64,000 bases of DNA from Alphaproteobacteria bacterium (GTDB taxonomy: Bacteria > Pseudomonadota > Alphaproteobacteria > Rickettsiales > SXRF01). Below, piece after piece: positions 19,648-34,432 of the stretch; within the stretch, counting starts at the first letter, position 1; each line of letters starts with the position of its first letter. Below the pieces are notes generated by a model. The model did no database searches. It saw only the letters and a list, made by a program, of their open reading frames with translations, and was not told the origin of the DNA. Location: assembly GCA_025360605.1 (NCBI GenBank), contig JANYBV010000038.1:12449-76448 (forward strand), read 5' to 3'. The translations under genes and the position numbers were made by a program.

Positions 19648-20952
19648 CTACTGTTGTGTGGTTACGGCTGAACCATCAGCGATGGTACCCATGCTGTCAG
19701 TCACCACACGCTCGCCTGCATTCACGCCCTGTGCAATCACCGCATCACCGTCTTGCGTCATCGACACATTGACGATGCGCTTTTCAACACTCTGGCGCTC
19801 GGCGTTATAGACAAACACCCACGGCTTGCTGTCGGGCTTGCGTTCCTCGCCCACTTTGATCTCTTCCCTGTGTAACGCTGCCGCCGGCACGACCACCGCA
19901 TCTTTCAGCGAGGACACCAGCAAGCGCACATGCACCGATCCACCCGGCCACAATACACGCTTATGATTAGGGAACGTAGCTTTCAGGTGAATGGTTCCGG
20001 TAGCGGCATCAACCTGATTATCCAGAAGCTCCAGCATACCCTGATCGAGTACGGCCTTATTATCCACATCCATCGCCAGCACCTCGACCGGCTCTTTGTT
20101 GCTCAGGCGGTCGCTGATGGCATGAAGGTTATGTTCGGGCAAATCAAAAATGACTGAAATCGGTTCCAACTGCGTAATGACCACCAGACCGTTAGCATCC
20201 GACGGATGCACTATATTACCCGCATCGACCTGACGCATCCCTGCCCTGCCATCCAGCGGCGAGACAATGACGCTACGCGAAAGCTGGGTTTTAAGTGATT
20301 CAATCGCCACCGCATCCGACTGCACGGTCGCTTCAAACTGGCGCACCTCGTTGCGTTTTTCATCCAGCCTCTTTAGCATATCCTTGTTGGCCACCTCGGT
20401 GTGTTTGCCCTTGTGGGCGGGCTGATGAGCAGCGGCAAATTTCAATTTATTGAAATCACTCTTCGCCTTGGCGAGCATCGCCTCGTCCTGCACTTTATTC
20501 ACCAGCGCTTCATCATATTTCGCTTTAAAAGTGCGCGGATCCAGCCTTGCCAGCACATCACCGGCTTTCACTTCCTGCCCTTCCCTGAAAAGCACTTCCA
20601 AAAGCTGACCGTCCATCTGCGTGTGTACGGTCACCGTCTGGTTCGCCTGCACAGTGGCGGGGGATTCAATATAGATTGGCACGTCGCGCAAAGCAGCCTG
20701 CGCCAGCGATACCGGCACATGCACCACCGTATGATCCATCACCGTCCACACTACCGCCGACGCAGTTGCCGCCAACAGCAGAAATTTTCGGATGATCTTG
20801 CGTTTTCTCGGCACTTCACGCCAGACACCGCTGGCATGCTCGAAACGGCGTTTGCCGCGCTTATTGACGGGCTGTCCCACCAGCCCCTGATCTATCGGAC
20901 GGTAAGTCGAATACATGGAAAGCTGTAATGTCATGGCCGATACACCTTTCAA
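19648..20952 (-). CDS. RND/MdtA-type efflux periplasmic adaptor (membrane fusion protein)
   Basis: 434 aa. Basic N-terminus plus a TM anchor, then lipoyl-like and beta-barrel regions that align by eye with E. coli MdtA (MDGQLLEVLFREGQEVKAGDVLARLDP..., SPLDGRAGMRQVDAGN, LDNQVDAATGTIHLKATFPN). Exact start uncertain. Confidence 0.85.
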   Translation of the reverse strand: MKGVSAMTLQLSMYSTYRPIDQGLVGQPVNKRGKRRFEHASGVWREVPRKRKIIRKFLLLAATASAVVWTVMDHTVVHVPVSLAQAALRDVPIYIESPATVQANQTVTVHTQMDGQLLEVLFREGQEVKAGDVLARLDPRTFKAKYDEALVNKVQDEAMLAKAKSDFNKLKFAAAHQPAHKGKHTEVANKDMLKRLDEKRNEVRQFEATVQSDAVAIESLKTQLSRSVIVSPLDGRAGMRQVDAGNIVHPSDANGLVVITQLEPISVIFDLPEHNLHAISDRLSNKEPVEVLAMDVDNKAVLDQGMLELLDNQVDAATGTIHLKATFPNHKRVLWPGGSVHVRLLVSSLKDAVVVPAAALHREEIKVGEERKPDSKPWVFVYNAERQSVEKRIVNVSMTQDGDAVIAQGVNAGERVVTDSMGTIADGSAVTTQQ

Positions 20953-20985
20953 AGGAACAGAAAACGCTTACACCCTGAACAAATA

Positions 20986-21477
20986 CTAATTGCTATGCCT
21001 ACGGCGGTCATTACGCGCCTTGAGCAGGATTTTACGGTCTTCCTGTGAAAATTTTTCCATGGTCGAGGCAAAGGTTTCATCCATCTTGCCGCGGGTTGTG
21101 TCGTAGAGTTTATTCAGCTCCGCTGCTTTAGCAAGAAACGCTTTTTTATCAAATTTTTCAGCGACCAAAATAGCGTCCGCTTCTTCATGGGCCTTGCGGA
21201 TCTGGGCGCGCAGATCGTTGTTGCTGTCAATGGCCGCTTGCATCGCGTCGTTGTATTCTTTTGCTTTTTCCGTTGAAAGCCCTGATGATTCTTGCGTTAC
21301 CTGATCCTTTTGTTTTTCAACCGCCTTGCTGGTTTTGGCAGGGGCTTCGGATTTCGTGGCAGGAGCGGACGCCGTAGCCGCCGCAGGGGAGGTCGCCGTG
21401 TCCGCTGCAAAAGCAGCAGGAGCAAGGGCGGTCGATGCCAGCAGGCTAAAAAGTGCGATCGCGGTGTGTTTTTTCAT
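20986..21477 (-). CDS. Secreted alpha-helical periplasmic protein (possibly Spy/CpxP-like)
   Basis: 163 aa. Signal peptide ...APAAFA, an Ala/Thr/Pro-rich linker and a helical C-terminal half. The functional call is weak. Confidence 0.6.
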   Translation of the reverse strand: MKKHTAIALFSLLASTALAPAAFAADTATSPAAATASAPATKSEAPAKTSKAVEKQKDQVTQESSGLSTEKAKEYNDAMQAAIDSNNDLRAQIRKAHEEADAILVAEKFDKKAFLAKAAELNKLYDTTRGKMDETFASTMEKFSQEDRKILLKARNDRRRHSN

Positions 21478-21688
21478 GTCATTCTCCGTTGTTATCGTGC
21501 GTTTGAGCGGCTATCCGGTTATGGTGAATAACGAAAGGATGCGCGCATGTACCGAGGTATTTTTATGTTGCCATTCTTTGTATTCCAATACGCGTTTTAT
21601 TCAATTCTTTTATTTGCCTGCGGCGTAAAAAATACATGTTGTCACTACCCGCACACCTCATGGAATAGTAGCCGCTTACAAATAGTGA

Positions 21689-21717
21689 TTGCAGTGCCGA
21701 AACTATCTGGGTATAAA
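21689..21717 (+). promoter_or_regulatory. Candidate sigma-70 promoter of tRNA-Trp (and possibly secE-nusG)
   Basis: TTGCAG-N17-TATAAA about 30 nt upstream of the tRNA 5' end. Confidence 0.4.
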
Positions 21718-21748
21718 TCGCCTCCCAAATTGACTTTTTACCGATTGT

Positions 21749-21824
21749 AGGGGTGTAGCTCAGCTGGTAGAGCGGCGGTCTCCAAAACCGTAGGCCGCAG
21801 GTTCGAATCCTGTCGCCCCTGCCA
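21749..21824 (+). tRNA. tRNA-Trp (CCA anticodon), CCA end encoded
   Basis: AGGGGTG TA GCTC AGCTGGTA GAGC G GCGGT CTCCAAA ACCGT AGGCC GCAGG TTCGAAT CCTGT CGCCCCT GCCA. Classical position upstream of secE-nusG. Confidence 0.92.
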
Positions 21825-21936
21825 AATTCATGCAAAAAATCACGATTTATTACAAAAATATCGCTTGAATTCCTGCCTGCTTGGTCTATAAGGGCGGCTT
21901 CCCCACACATTAACAGTATTTGAGAGTCGAAAAACG

Positions 21937-22128
21937 ATGGCCAGATTCAATCCCGCTAAATTTATACGCGAAGTCCGTCAGGAAATGGACAAGGTCACAT
22001 GGCCAAGCCGCAAGGAAACCACCGTCTCCACCATCATGGTGCTGGGACTTGCGACCACGGCAGCGACGTTCTTCGTGCTGGTGGATTGGGTTGTCGGATC
22101 GTTTATCCGCGCAATCATTGGAATATAG
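21937..22128 (+). CDS. secE: Preprotein translocase subunit SecE
   Basis: 63 aa. VRQEMDKVTWPSRKET followed by a single TM helix. Confidence 0.9.
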   Translation: MARFNPAKFIREVRQEMDKVTWPSRKETTVSTIMVLGLATTAATFFVLVDWVVGSFIRAIIGI

Positions 22129-22148
22129 TTTTTTAGGAGTTACACATC

Positions 22149-22688
22149 ATGGCATTTCGCTGGTACATCGTTCACGCCTACTCAGGTTTCGAGAAAAAAG
22201 TCGCCCAGTCCATCAGGGAAACCGCTGCCCAGAACGGCATCTCCCACCTGATCGAAGAAGTGGTCGTTCCCGTTGAAGAAGTAGTGGAAGTGCGCCGCGG
22301 CAAGAAAGTCGCCGCCGAACGCAAGTTCTTCCCCGGTTACGTCATGATCAAAATGGAGCTCACCGACGAAACATGGCACATGGTGAAAAATACCCAGAAA
22401 GTCACCGGATTCCTCGGCCATGGTGGCAAAGGACGTCCTGTGCCGATCACCGAAAAAGAAGCCGAAGCCATCTTCGCGCAGGTGCGTGACGGCCTCGAGC
22501 ATCCAAAATCACAGATCAGCTTCGATATCGGCGAAAACGTCAAGATCATCGACGGTCCGTTTGAATCGTTTGTCGGCCTTGTCGAACAGGTGGATGATGA
22601 AAAATCCCGTGTCAAGGTATCGGTGTCGATCTTTGGCCGCGCTACCCCTGTGGATCTTGAATATTCTCAGGTGGAAAAGGTTGCTTAG
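22149..22688 (+). CDS. nusG: Transcription termination/antitermination factor NusG
   Basis: 179 aa. WYIVHAYSGFEKKV NGN domain and a C-terminal KOW domain. Confidence 0.97.
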   Translation: MAFRWYIVHAYSGFEKKVAQSIRETAAQNGISHLIEEVVVPVEEVVEVRRGKKVAAERKFFPGYVMIKMELTDETWHMVKNTQKVTGFLGHGGKGRPVPITEKEAEAIFAQVRDGLEHPKSQISFDIGENVKIIDGPFESFVGLVEQVDDEKSRVKVSVSIFGRATPVDLEYSQVEKVA

Positions 22689-22869
22689 GCACTCTTTCTC
22701 GGCTCAGTGCCCCACTTGTATAATAACCCCATGAATGTGCTGTAAATTAAACCAGTTAGCCACCCTGCCTTACGGACACGAAACCCGTTAAAACAAGGCA
22801 GTGCGTCACAGATTTACATCACACTCATGACTCGCCTACATAAAATTTTAACATTTTCGTATTTTTTGC

Positions 22870-22898
22870 TTGCATTGATTATTCAATTCCTCTAGAAG
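22870..22898 (+). promoter_or_regulatory. Candidate promoter of the rplKAJL-rpoBC cluster
   Basis: TTGCAT-N17-TAGAAG in the 310-nt nusG-rplK spacer. The -10 element is weak. Confidence 0.3.
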
Positions 22899-22930
22899 TT
22901 CGCCTCCCTTCGTTATAGAAGGTCCCGTAT

Positions 22931-22972
22931 TTTGGGAGTCAGTGCGGCTTTGGGAGTCAGAGCTAGTGCGGC
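22931..22972 (+). promoter_or_regulatory. rplK leader with imperfect tandem duplication (candidate L1 autoregulatory site)
   Basis: TTTGGGAGTCAGTGCGGC (22931-22948) is followed directly by TTTGGGAGTCAGAGCTAGTGCGGC (22949-22972), 27 nt upstream of the rplK ATG. Confidence 0.35.
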
Positions 22973-22999
22973 GCCAATACCAAACCGGAAAGAGAAAAT

Positions 23000-23434
23000 A
23001 TGGCTAAAAAAGTTGTTGGTTACATTAAACTGCAAATTCCTGCTGGCAAAGCGAATCCATCGCCGCCCGTAGGTCCCGCTCTCGGTCAGCGTGGTCTGAA
23101 CATCATGGAATTCTGCAAAGCGTTTAACGCTGCTACCCAGAAGATGGAGCCAGGCGCTCCTATCCCTGTGGTTATCACCGCGTATCAGGATCGTACCTTT
23201 ACGTTCATCACCCGCCTGTCACCGGTTTCTTATTACATTAAGAAAGCGACCAAAATTGCCAAGGGTTCACAGACCCCAGGTAAAGGCGCTACCGCTGGTA
23301 AAATCACGATGACGCAGATCCGCGACATCGCGAAAGAAAAAATGAAAGACCTGAACGCTCATGACATTGAAGCGGCAGCACGCATGATTCGCGGCTCCGC
23401 CCAGTCGATGGGCCTAGAAATTGTGGAGGCTTAA
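23000..23434 (+). CDS. rplK: 50S ribosomal protein L11
   Basis: [43 protein letters not shown]. Confidence 0.97.
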   Translation: MAKKVVGYIKLQIPAGKANPSPPVGPALGQRGLNIMEFCKAFNAATQKMEPGAPIPVVITAYQDRTFTFITRLSPVSYYIKKATKIAKGSQTPGKGATAGKITMTQIRDIAKEKMKDLNAHDIEAAARMIRGSAQSMGLEIVEA

Positions 23435-23438
23435 GACC

Positions 23439-24134
23439 ATGCCACGCGTAGCAAAAAAGAGAAAAGCGATCCTCGCTAAAGTTGACACCACCAAGCGTTA
23501 TGCGCTTGCGGAAGCCATCAAGCTGGTAAAATCTTCTGCTGGTAGCAAATTCGATGAAACCATCGATATCTGCATGAACTTAGGCATCGACCCAAAACAG
23601 ACCGAACAATCCATCCGCGGGATGGTTGCCATGCCAAACGGCACCGGCAAAACCATCACGGTTGCGGTGTTCGCTCGTGGCGACAAAGCGGCCGACGCCC
23701 TGAAAGCGGGTGCTGATTTCGTCGGTGCAGAAGATCTGTTCGAAAAAATCAACGGCGGCTTCACCGATTTTGACCGCCTGATCGCTACCCCTGACATGAT
23801 GGCCCTCGTTGGCCGTCTCGGTAAAGTGCTGGGCCCTAAAGGCCTGATGCCAAATCCGAAACTCGGCACTGTAACACCAAACGTCGTGGATGCCGTGAAA
23901 GCTGCTAAATCCGGTCAGGTCGAATTCCGCCTGGATAAAGCGTCGATCGTTCATGCCGGTATAGGTAAAGCAAGCTTCACCGAAGAACAGCTATTGCAGA
24001 ACGTTAAAGCGTTTATTGATGCCGTCACTAAAGCGAAACCGTCCGGTGTCAAAGGCAACTACATTAAGAAGATCGGTATTTCATCCACCATGGGTCTGGG
24101 TCTTAAGCTCGACCTTACCGATATCGCCGCATAA
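23439..24134 (+). CDS. rplA: 50S ribosomal protein L1
   Basis: [16 protein letters not shown].... The start is set at ATG 23439, behind a GGAGG Shine-Dalgarno, rather than at track start 23421. Confidence 0.95.
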   Translation: MPRVAKKRKAILAKVDTTKRYALAEAIKLVKSSAGSKFDETIDICMNLGIDPKQTEQSIRGMVAMPNGTGKTITVAVFARGDKAADALKAGADFVGAEDLFEKINGGFTDFDRLIATPDMMALVGRLGKVLGPKGLMPNPKLGTVTPNVVDAVKAAKSGQVEFRLDKASIVHAGIGKASFTEEQLLQNVKAFIDAVTKAKPSGVKGNYIKKIGISSTMGLGLKLDLTDIAA

Positions 24135-24143
24135 GGAGCTTTT

Positions 24144-24656
24144 ATGAATCGTGCAGAAAAACAAGCTTCTATCGAAAGCGTTAATGCTACCCTTAAAAAG
24201 GCAGGCATTGCTCTGGTCGTCCATAACAATGGTCTGACCGTAGCCCAGATGACTACGTTACGCGGTAAAATGCGTGAAGTGGGTGCTGAATTCAAAATCT
24301 CGAAGAACCGTCTGGTCAAAATCGCCGCTAAAGATACACCGTACGAAAACATCACCGACCTGCTCAAGGGGCCTGCGGCGATTGCTACGTCTGCGGATCC
24401 TGTGTCGGTGGCGAAAGGTCTCGTCGATTTTGCTAAAACCAATGACAAGCTCGTCATCATTGGCGGCGCGTTCGGCGGACAGAAGCTGGATGTAAAGGCG
24501 ATTGAAGCGCTCTCGAAGCTGCCTTCGCTGAACGAACTGCGTGGCAAGCTCGTGGGTCTGTTACAGGCTCCCGCTCAGCGTATTGCTTGTGTGCTTCAGG
24601 CTCCCGCAGGCCAGGTTGCGCGCGTGATTGGCGCTCATTCGAGGAAAGAAGGCTAA
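24144..24656 (+). CDS. rplJ: 50S ribosomal protein L10
   Basis: 170 aa, MNRAEKQASIESVNATLKKAG.... Only 9 nt after rplA. Confidence 0.95.
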   Translation: MNRAEKQASIESVNATLKKAGIALVVHNNGLTVAQMTTLRGKMREVGAEFKISKNRLVKIAAKDTPYENITDLLKGPAAIATSADPVSVAKGLVDFAKTNDKLVIIGGAFGGQKLDVKAIEALSKLPSLNELRGKLVGLLQAPAQRIACVLQAPAGQVARVIGAHSRKEG

Positions 24657-24738
24657 TTAAGGAATTCTGGTGGCGAGATGCACGCCGCCTGATTAAGTAT
24701 AGTACTATTTTTAAGATTTTAACTCAGGAGTAATTACA

Positions 24739-25119
24739 ATGTCTGCTAACCTTGCACAAATCGTTGATACGCTGTCCGCGCTTTCCGTAATGGAAGCCGC
24801 TGAACTGTCCAAAATGCTCGAAGAAAAGTGGGGCGTTTCGGCTGCTGCACCTGTTGCTGCTGCCGGCCCGGCTGCCGCTGCTGCTGGCCCAGCTGCTGAA
24901 GTTCAGACCGAATTCAACGTTATTCTTGCTTCAGCTCCTGCTGACAAGAAAATCGGTGTCATCAAAGTCGTTCGCGAAATCACCGGTCTCGGTCTGAAAG
25001 AAGCGAAAGACCTCGTTGAAGCTGCACCAAAGCCTGTTAAAGAAGGCGTGAGCAAAGACGAAGCTGAAAAGCATCGCAAAGCTCTTGCTGAAGCAGGCGC
25101 AACCGTTGAAGTTAAATAG
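24739..25119 (+). CDS. rplL: 50S ribosomal protein L7/L12
   Basis: 126 aa. Ala-rich hinge and C-terminal [12 protein letters not shown]. Confidence 0.97.
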   Translation: MSANLAQIVDTLSALSVMEAAELSKMLEEKWGVSAAAPVAAAGPAAAAAGPAAEVQTEFNVILASAPADKKIGVIKVVREITGLGLKEAKDLVEAAPKPVKEGVSKDEAEKHRKALAEAGATVEVK

Positions 25120-25143
25120 TTTCTTTTTAAGGTAATGCGTCAA

Positions 25144-25176
25144 GGGGTGCTGCTTCATTAGCAGCACTCCCTTTTT
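25144..25176 (+). terminator. rplL-rpoB intergenic attenuator/terminator hairpin
   Basis: GGGGTGCTGC-TTCATTA-GCAGCACTCCC followed by TTTTT. Confidence 0.6.
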
Positions 25177-25213
25177 GCCGTTTGTAAAAGTCTAGTTCAG
25201 TTAAGGGGTTATC

Positions 25214-28200
25214 ATGGTGCAGGCTCAACATTCACGTCTGTCATTCACTGCTCGCAAGCGTATCCGCAAGAGTTTCGGCCGAATCGAAACAATCACTTCG
25301 ATGCCTAACCTGATCGAAGTTCAGAAAAATTCCTACGACCACTTCCTCCAGATCAACATCCAAGCTGAAAAGCGCACGAACACCGGCTTACAAAGCGTGT
25401 TTAAATCGGTGTTTCCGATTAAGGATTTTGCTGAAACCTCGACACTGGAATTTGTCAAATTCAATTTTGATGCGCCAAAGTACGATGTTGATGAATGCCG
25501 CTCACGTGGTATCAACTTCTCCGCGCCACTGCGCGTGACCCTTCGCCTGATCGTATGGATCGTCGACGAGGACACCGGTGCCCGCGAAATCAAGGACATC
25601 AAGGAACAGGACGTTTACATGGGCGATATTCCGCTCATGACCAACAACGGCACGTTCATCATTAACGGCACCGAACGCGTGATCGTATCGCAGATGCATC
25701 GCTCCCCGGGTGTATTCTTTGACCATGACCACGGCAAGACCCACAGCTCCGGCAAGTTCCTGTATTCTGCCCGTATCATTCCTTATCGCGGCTCATGGCT
25801 GGATTTCGAATTCGATGCCAAGGATCTCGTGAATGCGCGTATCGATCGCCGCCGCAAAATTCCGGTGACCAGCCTGCTGCGCGCACTGGGCATGGACAAC
25901 GAAGAAATCCTTAACACCTTCTACGGCAAGACCACCTACAAAAAACAGAAAAAAGGCTGGGCTGCGAAGTTCAACCCTGAATCGTGGAAGGGCGTGAAGC
26001 TTGCTAACGACCTCGTGGATGCTAAAACCGGTAAAGTGGTTGCTGAAGTAGGCAAAAAGCTCAACATCCGCATGGTAAAAAAATTCGCTGAAGATGGTCT
26101 GAAAGAATATCTGGTCAACGACGAACAGTTTGCCGGCAAATATGTCGGTGGCGATATCATCAACGAATCGACCGGTGAAATCTACATCGAAGCAGGTGAA
26201 GAAATCAACGCCGCTACCATCGCACTGCTCGACGAAGCCGGCATCAAGGAAGTGGCCGTACTCGATATCGATCACATCAACGTCGGTGCATATCTCCGCA
26301 ACACGCTGCTGGTCGACAAAAACACCACCAAGGAAGATGCTCTCATCGACATCTACCGCGTGATGCGTCCGGGTGAACCAACAACGGCAGAAGCGGCAGA
26401 AGCCCTCTTCCACTCACTGTTCTTCGAATCAGAACGTTATGATTTGTCGGCGGTTGGCCGCGTAAAAATGAATGCGCGCCTGAACCTCGACCTTGCTGAA
26501 GACACAGGCATCCTGACCAAACAGGATATCATCGAAGTCGTAAAACTGCTCGTCGGCCTTAAAGATGGCGTCGGCGAAATCGATGATATCGATCATCTTG
26601 GCAACCGTCGCGTTCGCTCGGTGGGCGAATTGATGGAAAACCAGTTCCGTATCGGGTTGCTGCGCATGGAACGTTCGATTGTAGAACGCATGTCGTCGGT
26701 CGATATAGACACTGTCATGCCGCATGACCTCGTGAACGCCAAGCCGGTGGCTGCTGCGATCCGCGAATTCTTCGGTTCGTCACAGCTGTCGCAATTTATG
26801 GATCAGACCAACCCGCTGTCGGAAATCACCCACAAGCGCCGCTTATCGGCCCTTGGACCCGGTGGTCTTACCCGTGAACGCGCTGGCTTTGAAGTACGCG
26901 ACGTACATCCAACCCATTACGGCCGTATCTGCCCGATCGAAACGCCTGAAGGTCCGAATATCGGTCTTATCAACTCGATGGCAACGTATGCCCGCGTCAA
27001 CAAGTATGGCTTCATCGAAAGCCCATACCGCAAAGTTATCAATGCCCGCGTGACCGACGAAGTGATCTACCTCTCGGCGATCGAAGAAGGCAAATACGCT
27101 ATCGCTCAGGCCAATTCAAACCTCGACGACAAAAATAAATTTGTCGACGATTTGATCAGCTGCCGTCGCAATGGCGATTTCGTCCTCGCCGGCCCGGATG
27201 CGATTGATTATATCGACGTAGCACCGAAACAGCTTGTGTCCGTAGCCGCCGCCCTCATCCCGTTCTTAGAGAACGATGATGCGAACCGCGCGCTCATGGG
27301 CTCGAACATGCAACGTCAGGCCGTGCCTCTGCTGCGCTCGGAAGCGCCGCTGGTGGGTACCGGTATGGAAGAAATCGTTGCCAAGGATTCCGGTGTGACC
27401 ACCGTGGCCCGCCGCACTGGCGTGATCGATCAGGTAGATGCTACCCGCATCGTGATTCGTTCTGCCGAAGTGTCGGAAGACGGTTCACCCGGTGTGGATA
27501 TCTACAACCTCATCAAGTTTACCCGTTCCAACCAGAACACCTGCCTCAACCAGCGCCCACTGATTAAAGTAGGCGACAAGGTAAATGCCGGTGACATTAT
27601 CGCGGACGGTCCGTCAACGGATCTGGGCGAATTGGCGCTGGGCCGTAACGTGCTCGTGGCTTTCATGCCATGGAACGGTTACAACTTCGAAGATTCCATC
27701 CTGATCTCTGAACGCATCGTGTCGGAAGACGTGTTCACCTCCATCCACATCGAAGAATTCGAAGTGATGGCGCGTGACACCAAGCTCGGCGCGGAAGAAA
27801 TCACCCGTGATATTCCAAACGTCGGCGAAGAAGCTCTTCGTAACCTCGATGAAATCGGCGTGGTGCATATCGGTGCGGAAGTTCAGCCTGGTGATATTCT
27901 TGTCGGCAAAGTGACTCCAAAATCGGAATCGCCGATGACGCCGGAAGAAAAGCTGCTTCGTGCGATCTTCGGTGAAAAAGCATCCGACGTTCGCGATTCG
28001 TCCCTGCGTCTGCCTCCGGGCGTTGCCGGTACCATCGTTGGCGTTCGTATCTTCTCGCGCCGCGGTATCGAAAAAGACGAACGCGCGCTCTCAATTGAAA
28101 AAGCCGAAATCGAACGCCTCGCCAAAGACCGTGACGACGAACGCGCGATCATCGAACGTTTTGTTTATGGCCGTATGAAGGAATTGCTTGATGGCAAAAA

Positions 28201-29338
28201 AGCCACCAGCGGTCCGAAGGGCTTTAAAGCAGGCGCCGAAATCGATGCCAAGACCTTTGAAGAATTCTCCAAGGGTCAATGGTGGCAGTTTGCAGTGAAA
28301 GACAACGCTGTTATGGCGGAAATCGAATCACTCAAGAAACAGCTTGATACCGCACTGTCACGCATCAACCAGAAGTTCGAAGAAAAAGTCGCCAAGGTAC
28401 AAGCCGGTGATGATCTGATGCCGGGCGTACTGAAAATGGTGAAGGTATTCGTTGCCGTGAAGCGCAAGCTTCAGCCTGGTGACAAAATGGCCGGTCGCCA
28501 TGGTAACAAAGGGGTTATTTCGAAGATCGTTCCTGTTGAAGACATGCCATATCTCGAAGACGGCACGCAGGTGGATATCGTACTGAACCCACTCGGTGTA
28601 CCTTCGCGTATGAACGTCGGTCAGATTCTGGAAACCCATCTCGGCTGGGCATCAGCTGGTATCGGTAAGCAGGTTCGCGGCATGTTAGAGGAAGTGCAGC
28701 AGCAGAATAACAAAGCTGCCGGTGCCAAATCCCTACGCGAATTCCTCGGCAACGTGTATGACGACAAGGATAACCGCAAGGAAATCCAGAGCATGTCCGA
28801 TGATGAAGTGATGGAACTCGCTTTCAACCTGAAAAAAGGTGTGCCATTTGCTACCCCTGTATTCGACGGCGCGAAAGAAGAAGACATCGTCGGCTGGCTG
28901 AAAAAAGCCGGTCAGTCCACCTCAGGTCAGGTGACGTTGTACGATGGCCGCTCGGGTGAAGCCTTCGACCGTAAAGTAACCGTTGGTTACATTTACATGT
29001 TGAAACTGCATCACTTGGTCGATGACAAGATCCACGCGCGTTCTATCGGACCGTACTCACTTGTTACCCAGCAGCCGCTGGGTGGTAAGTCGCAGTTCGG
29101 CGGACAGCGCTTCGGGGAAATGGAATGCTGGGCGCTTCAGGCGTACGGCGCAGCTTACACCTTGCAGGAAATGCTTACGGTTAAATCCGACGACGTGGCG
29201 GGCCGCAGTAAGATCTATGAATCGATCGTACGTGGTGACAACAGCTTCGAGTCCGGCATCCCGGAAAGCTTCCACGTTATGGTCAAGGAATTACGGTCAC
29301 TCGGTTTGAACGTCGAGCTGGTCGAAAAAGAAGTATAG
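25214..29338 (+). CDS. rpoB: DNA-directed RNA polymerase beta subunit
   Basis: 1374 aa with conserved RpoB blocks throughout (e.g. [29 protein letters not shown]). Confidence 0.99.
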   Translation: MVQAQHSRLSFTARKRIRKSFGRIETITSMPNLIEVQKNSYDHFLQINIQAEKRTNTGLQSVFKSVFPIKDFAETSTLEFVKFNFDAPKYDVDECRSRGINFSAPLRVTLRLIVWIVDEDTGAREIKDIKEQDVYMGDIPLMTNNGTFIINGTERVIVSQMHRSPGVFFDHDHGKTHSSGKFLYSARIIPYRGSWLDFEFDAKDLVNARIDRRRKIPVTSLLRALGMDNEEILNTFYGKTTYKKQKKGWAAKFNPESWKGVKLANDLVDAKTGKVVAEVGKKLNIRMVKKFAEDGLKEYLVNDEQFAGKYVGGDIINESTGEIYIEAGEEINAATIALLDEAGIKEVAVLDIDHINVGAYLRNTLLVDKNTTKEDALIDIYRVMRPGEPTTAEAAEALFHSLFFESERYDLSAVGRVKMNARLNLDLAEDTGILTKQDIIEVVKLLVGLKDGVGEIDDIDHLGNRRVRSVGELMENQFRIGLLRMERSIVERMSSVDIDTVMPHDLVNAKPVAAAIREFFGSSQLSQFMDQTNPLSEITHKRRLSALGPGGLTRERAGFEVRDVHPTHYGRICPIETPEGPNIGLINSMATYARVNKYGFIESPYRKVINARVTDEVIYLSAIEEGKYAIAQANSNLDDKNKFVDDLISCRRNGDFVLAGPDAIDYIDVAPKQLVSVAAALIPFLENDDANRALMGSNMQRQAVPLLRSEAPLVGTGMEEIVAKDSGVTTVARRTGVIDQVDATRIVIRSAEVSEDGSPGVDIYNLIKFTRSNQNTCLNQRPLIKVGDKVNAGDIIADGPSTDLGELALGRNVLVAFMPWNGYNFEDSILISERIVSEDVFTSIHIEEFEVMARDTKLGAEEITRDIPNVGEEALRNLDEIGVVHIGAEVQPGDILVGKVTPKSESPMTPEEKLLRAIFGEKASDVRDSSLRLPPGVAGTIVGVRIFSRRGIEKDERALSIEKAEIERLAKDRDDERAIIERFVYGRMKELLDGKKATSGPKGFKAGAEIDAKTFEEFSKGQWWQFAVKDNAVMAEIESLKKQLDTALSRINQKFEEKVAKVQAGDDLMPGVLKMVKVFVAVKRKLQPGDKMAGRHGNKGVISKIVPVEDMPYLEDGTQVDIVLNPLGVPSRMNVGQILETHLGWASAGIGKQVRGMLEEVQQQNNKAAGAKSLREFLGNVYDDKDNRKEIQSMSDDEVMELAFNLKKGVPFATPVFDGAKEEDIVGWLKKAGQSTSGQVTLYDGRSGEAFDRKVTVGYIYMLKLHHLVDDKIHARSIGPYSLVTQQPLGGKSQFGGQRFGEMECWALQAYGAAYTLQEMLTVKSDDVAGRSKIYESIVRGDNSFESGIPESFHVMVKELRSLGLNVELVEKEV

Positions 29339-29342
29339 TATC

Positions 29343-29372
29343 TTCCGCCGGATCGTCAGCGATCCGGCGGAA
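29343..29372 (+). other. Perfect 13-bp hairpin in the rpoB-rpoC spacer
   Basis: TTCCGCCGGATCG (29343-29355), TCAG loop, CGATCCGGCGGAA (29360-29372). No U-tract follows. Confidence 0.6.
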
Positions 29373-29390
29373 TCCTAAATTTGTGCCTGA

Positions 29391-33623
<4,233 letters not shown>

Positions 33624-33633
33624 GCGTAAAAAA

Positions 33634-33659
33634 GCCGGAGAGAAATCTCCGGCTTTTTT
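33634..33659 (+). terminator. Rho-independent terminator after rpoC
   Basis: GCCGGAGA-GAAA-TCTCCGGC followed by TTTTTT. Confidence 0.8.
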
Positions 33660-33668
33660 ATTACCCCT

Positions 33669-34415
33669 ATGAAACACGCCCCACTGAAACACTCCCCCCA
33701 CTATCTTTTCGGCAATCATGCCGTGCTGGCCGCTATGGGAAATCCACTGCGCAAAATCAAGCGCATACTGGTGACCAAGAATACGCAAGCAGAACTGGCC
33801 AGCAAACTCGCCGCATTCAAAAACGTGACGCTGAGCGAAGGGAGCAAGCTCGACGCGATGCTGCCGCCCGGATCGGTGCATCAGGGCATTATCATGGAAT
33901 GCGAACCCCTGCCCCAGCCGAGTTTGCAGGAATGGCTGGCCGAAGGCATCCACAAACCAATTTTACTGCTCGATCAGGTGTCAGACCCGCATAATGTCGG
34001 CGCGATTTTGCGCTCAGCCGCGGCGTTTGACGTGGGTGCGGTGATCGGAACGGACCGCAATGCGCCCAGCGAAAGCGGCGTAATGGCCAAAACGGCCTCG
34101 GGTGCGATGGAAGTGGTGCCGCTGATTACGGTAGTCAATCTTGTGCAAGCCATTGAACTGATTAAAAAATCCGGATACTGGATCGCCGGACTGGACGGTG
34201 CCGCCAAACAAACCATCGCCGAAGCCAAGCTCGACAGCAAAACTGCCCTCGTGCTCGGTGCGGAAGGCTCCGGCCTGCGCCGTCTTACCTCTGAACATTG
34301 CGACTATCTAGTCAAGCTGCCGATGTCTTCGCGCATGGAATCGTTGAATGTGTCCAACGCCGCGGCGGTTGCGCTTTACGATTTGTACCGCCGCCTGTAC
34401 AATCCGGCAGCCTGA
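33669..34415 (+). CDS. SpoU/TrmH-family RNA 2'-O-methyltransferase (RlmB-like)
   Basis: 248 aa. LLLDQVSDPHNVGAILRSA, LVLGAEGSGL and ESLNVSNAAAVALY motifs. Confidence 0.85.
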   Translation: MKHAPLKHSPHYLFGNHAVLAAMGNPLRKIKRILVTKNTQAELASKLAAFKNVTLSEGSKLDAMLPPGSVHQGIIMECEPLPQPSLQEWLAEGIHKPILLLDQVSDPHNVGAILRSAAAFDVGAVIGTDRNAPSESGVMAKTASGAMEVVPLITVVNLVQAIELIKKSGYWIAGLDGAAKQTIAEAKLDSKTALVLGAEGSGLRRLTSEHCDYLVKLPMSSRMESLNVSNAAAVALYDLYRRLYNPAA

Positions 34416-34432
34416 ACCACTTTTCTATACAA

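Noticed and set aside
21563-21910. 115-aa minus-strand ORF
   Set aside because: It overlaps tRNA-Trp and its promoter. It reads through the tRNA antisense strand.
24135-24143. Absence of an L10 leader/promoter between rplA and rplJ (9-nt spacer), and absence of rpsL-rpsG-fusA-tuf after rpoC
   Set aside because: Synteny and leader differences of this kind are common between bacterial lineages. They are noted but not considered unusual without comparative data.
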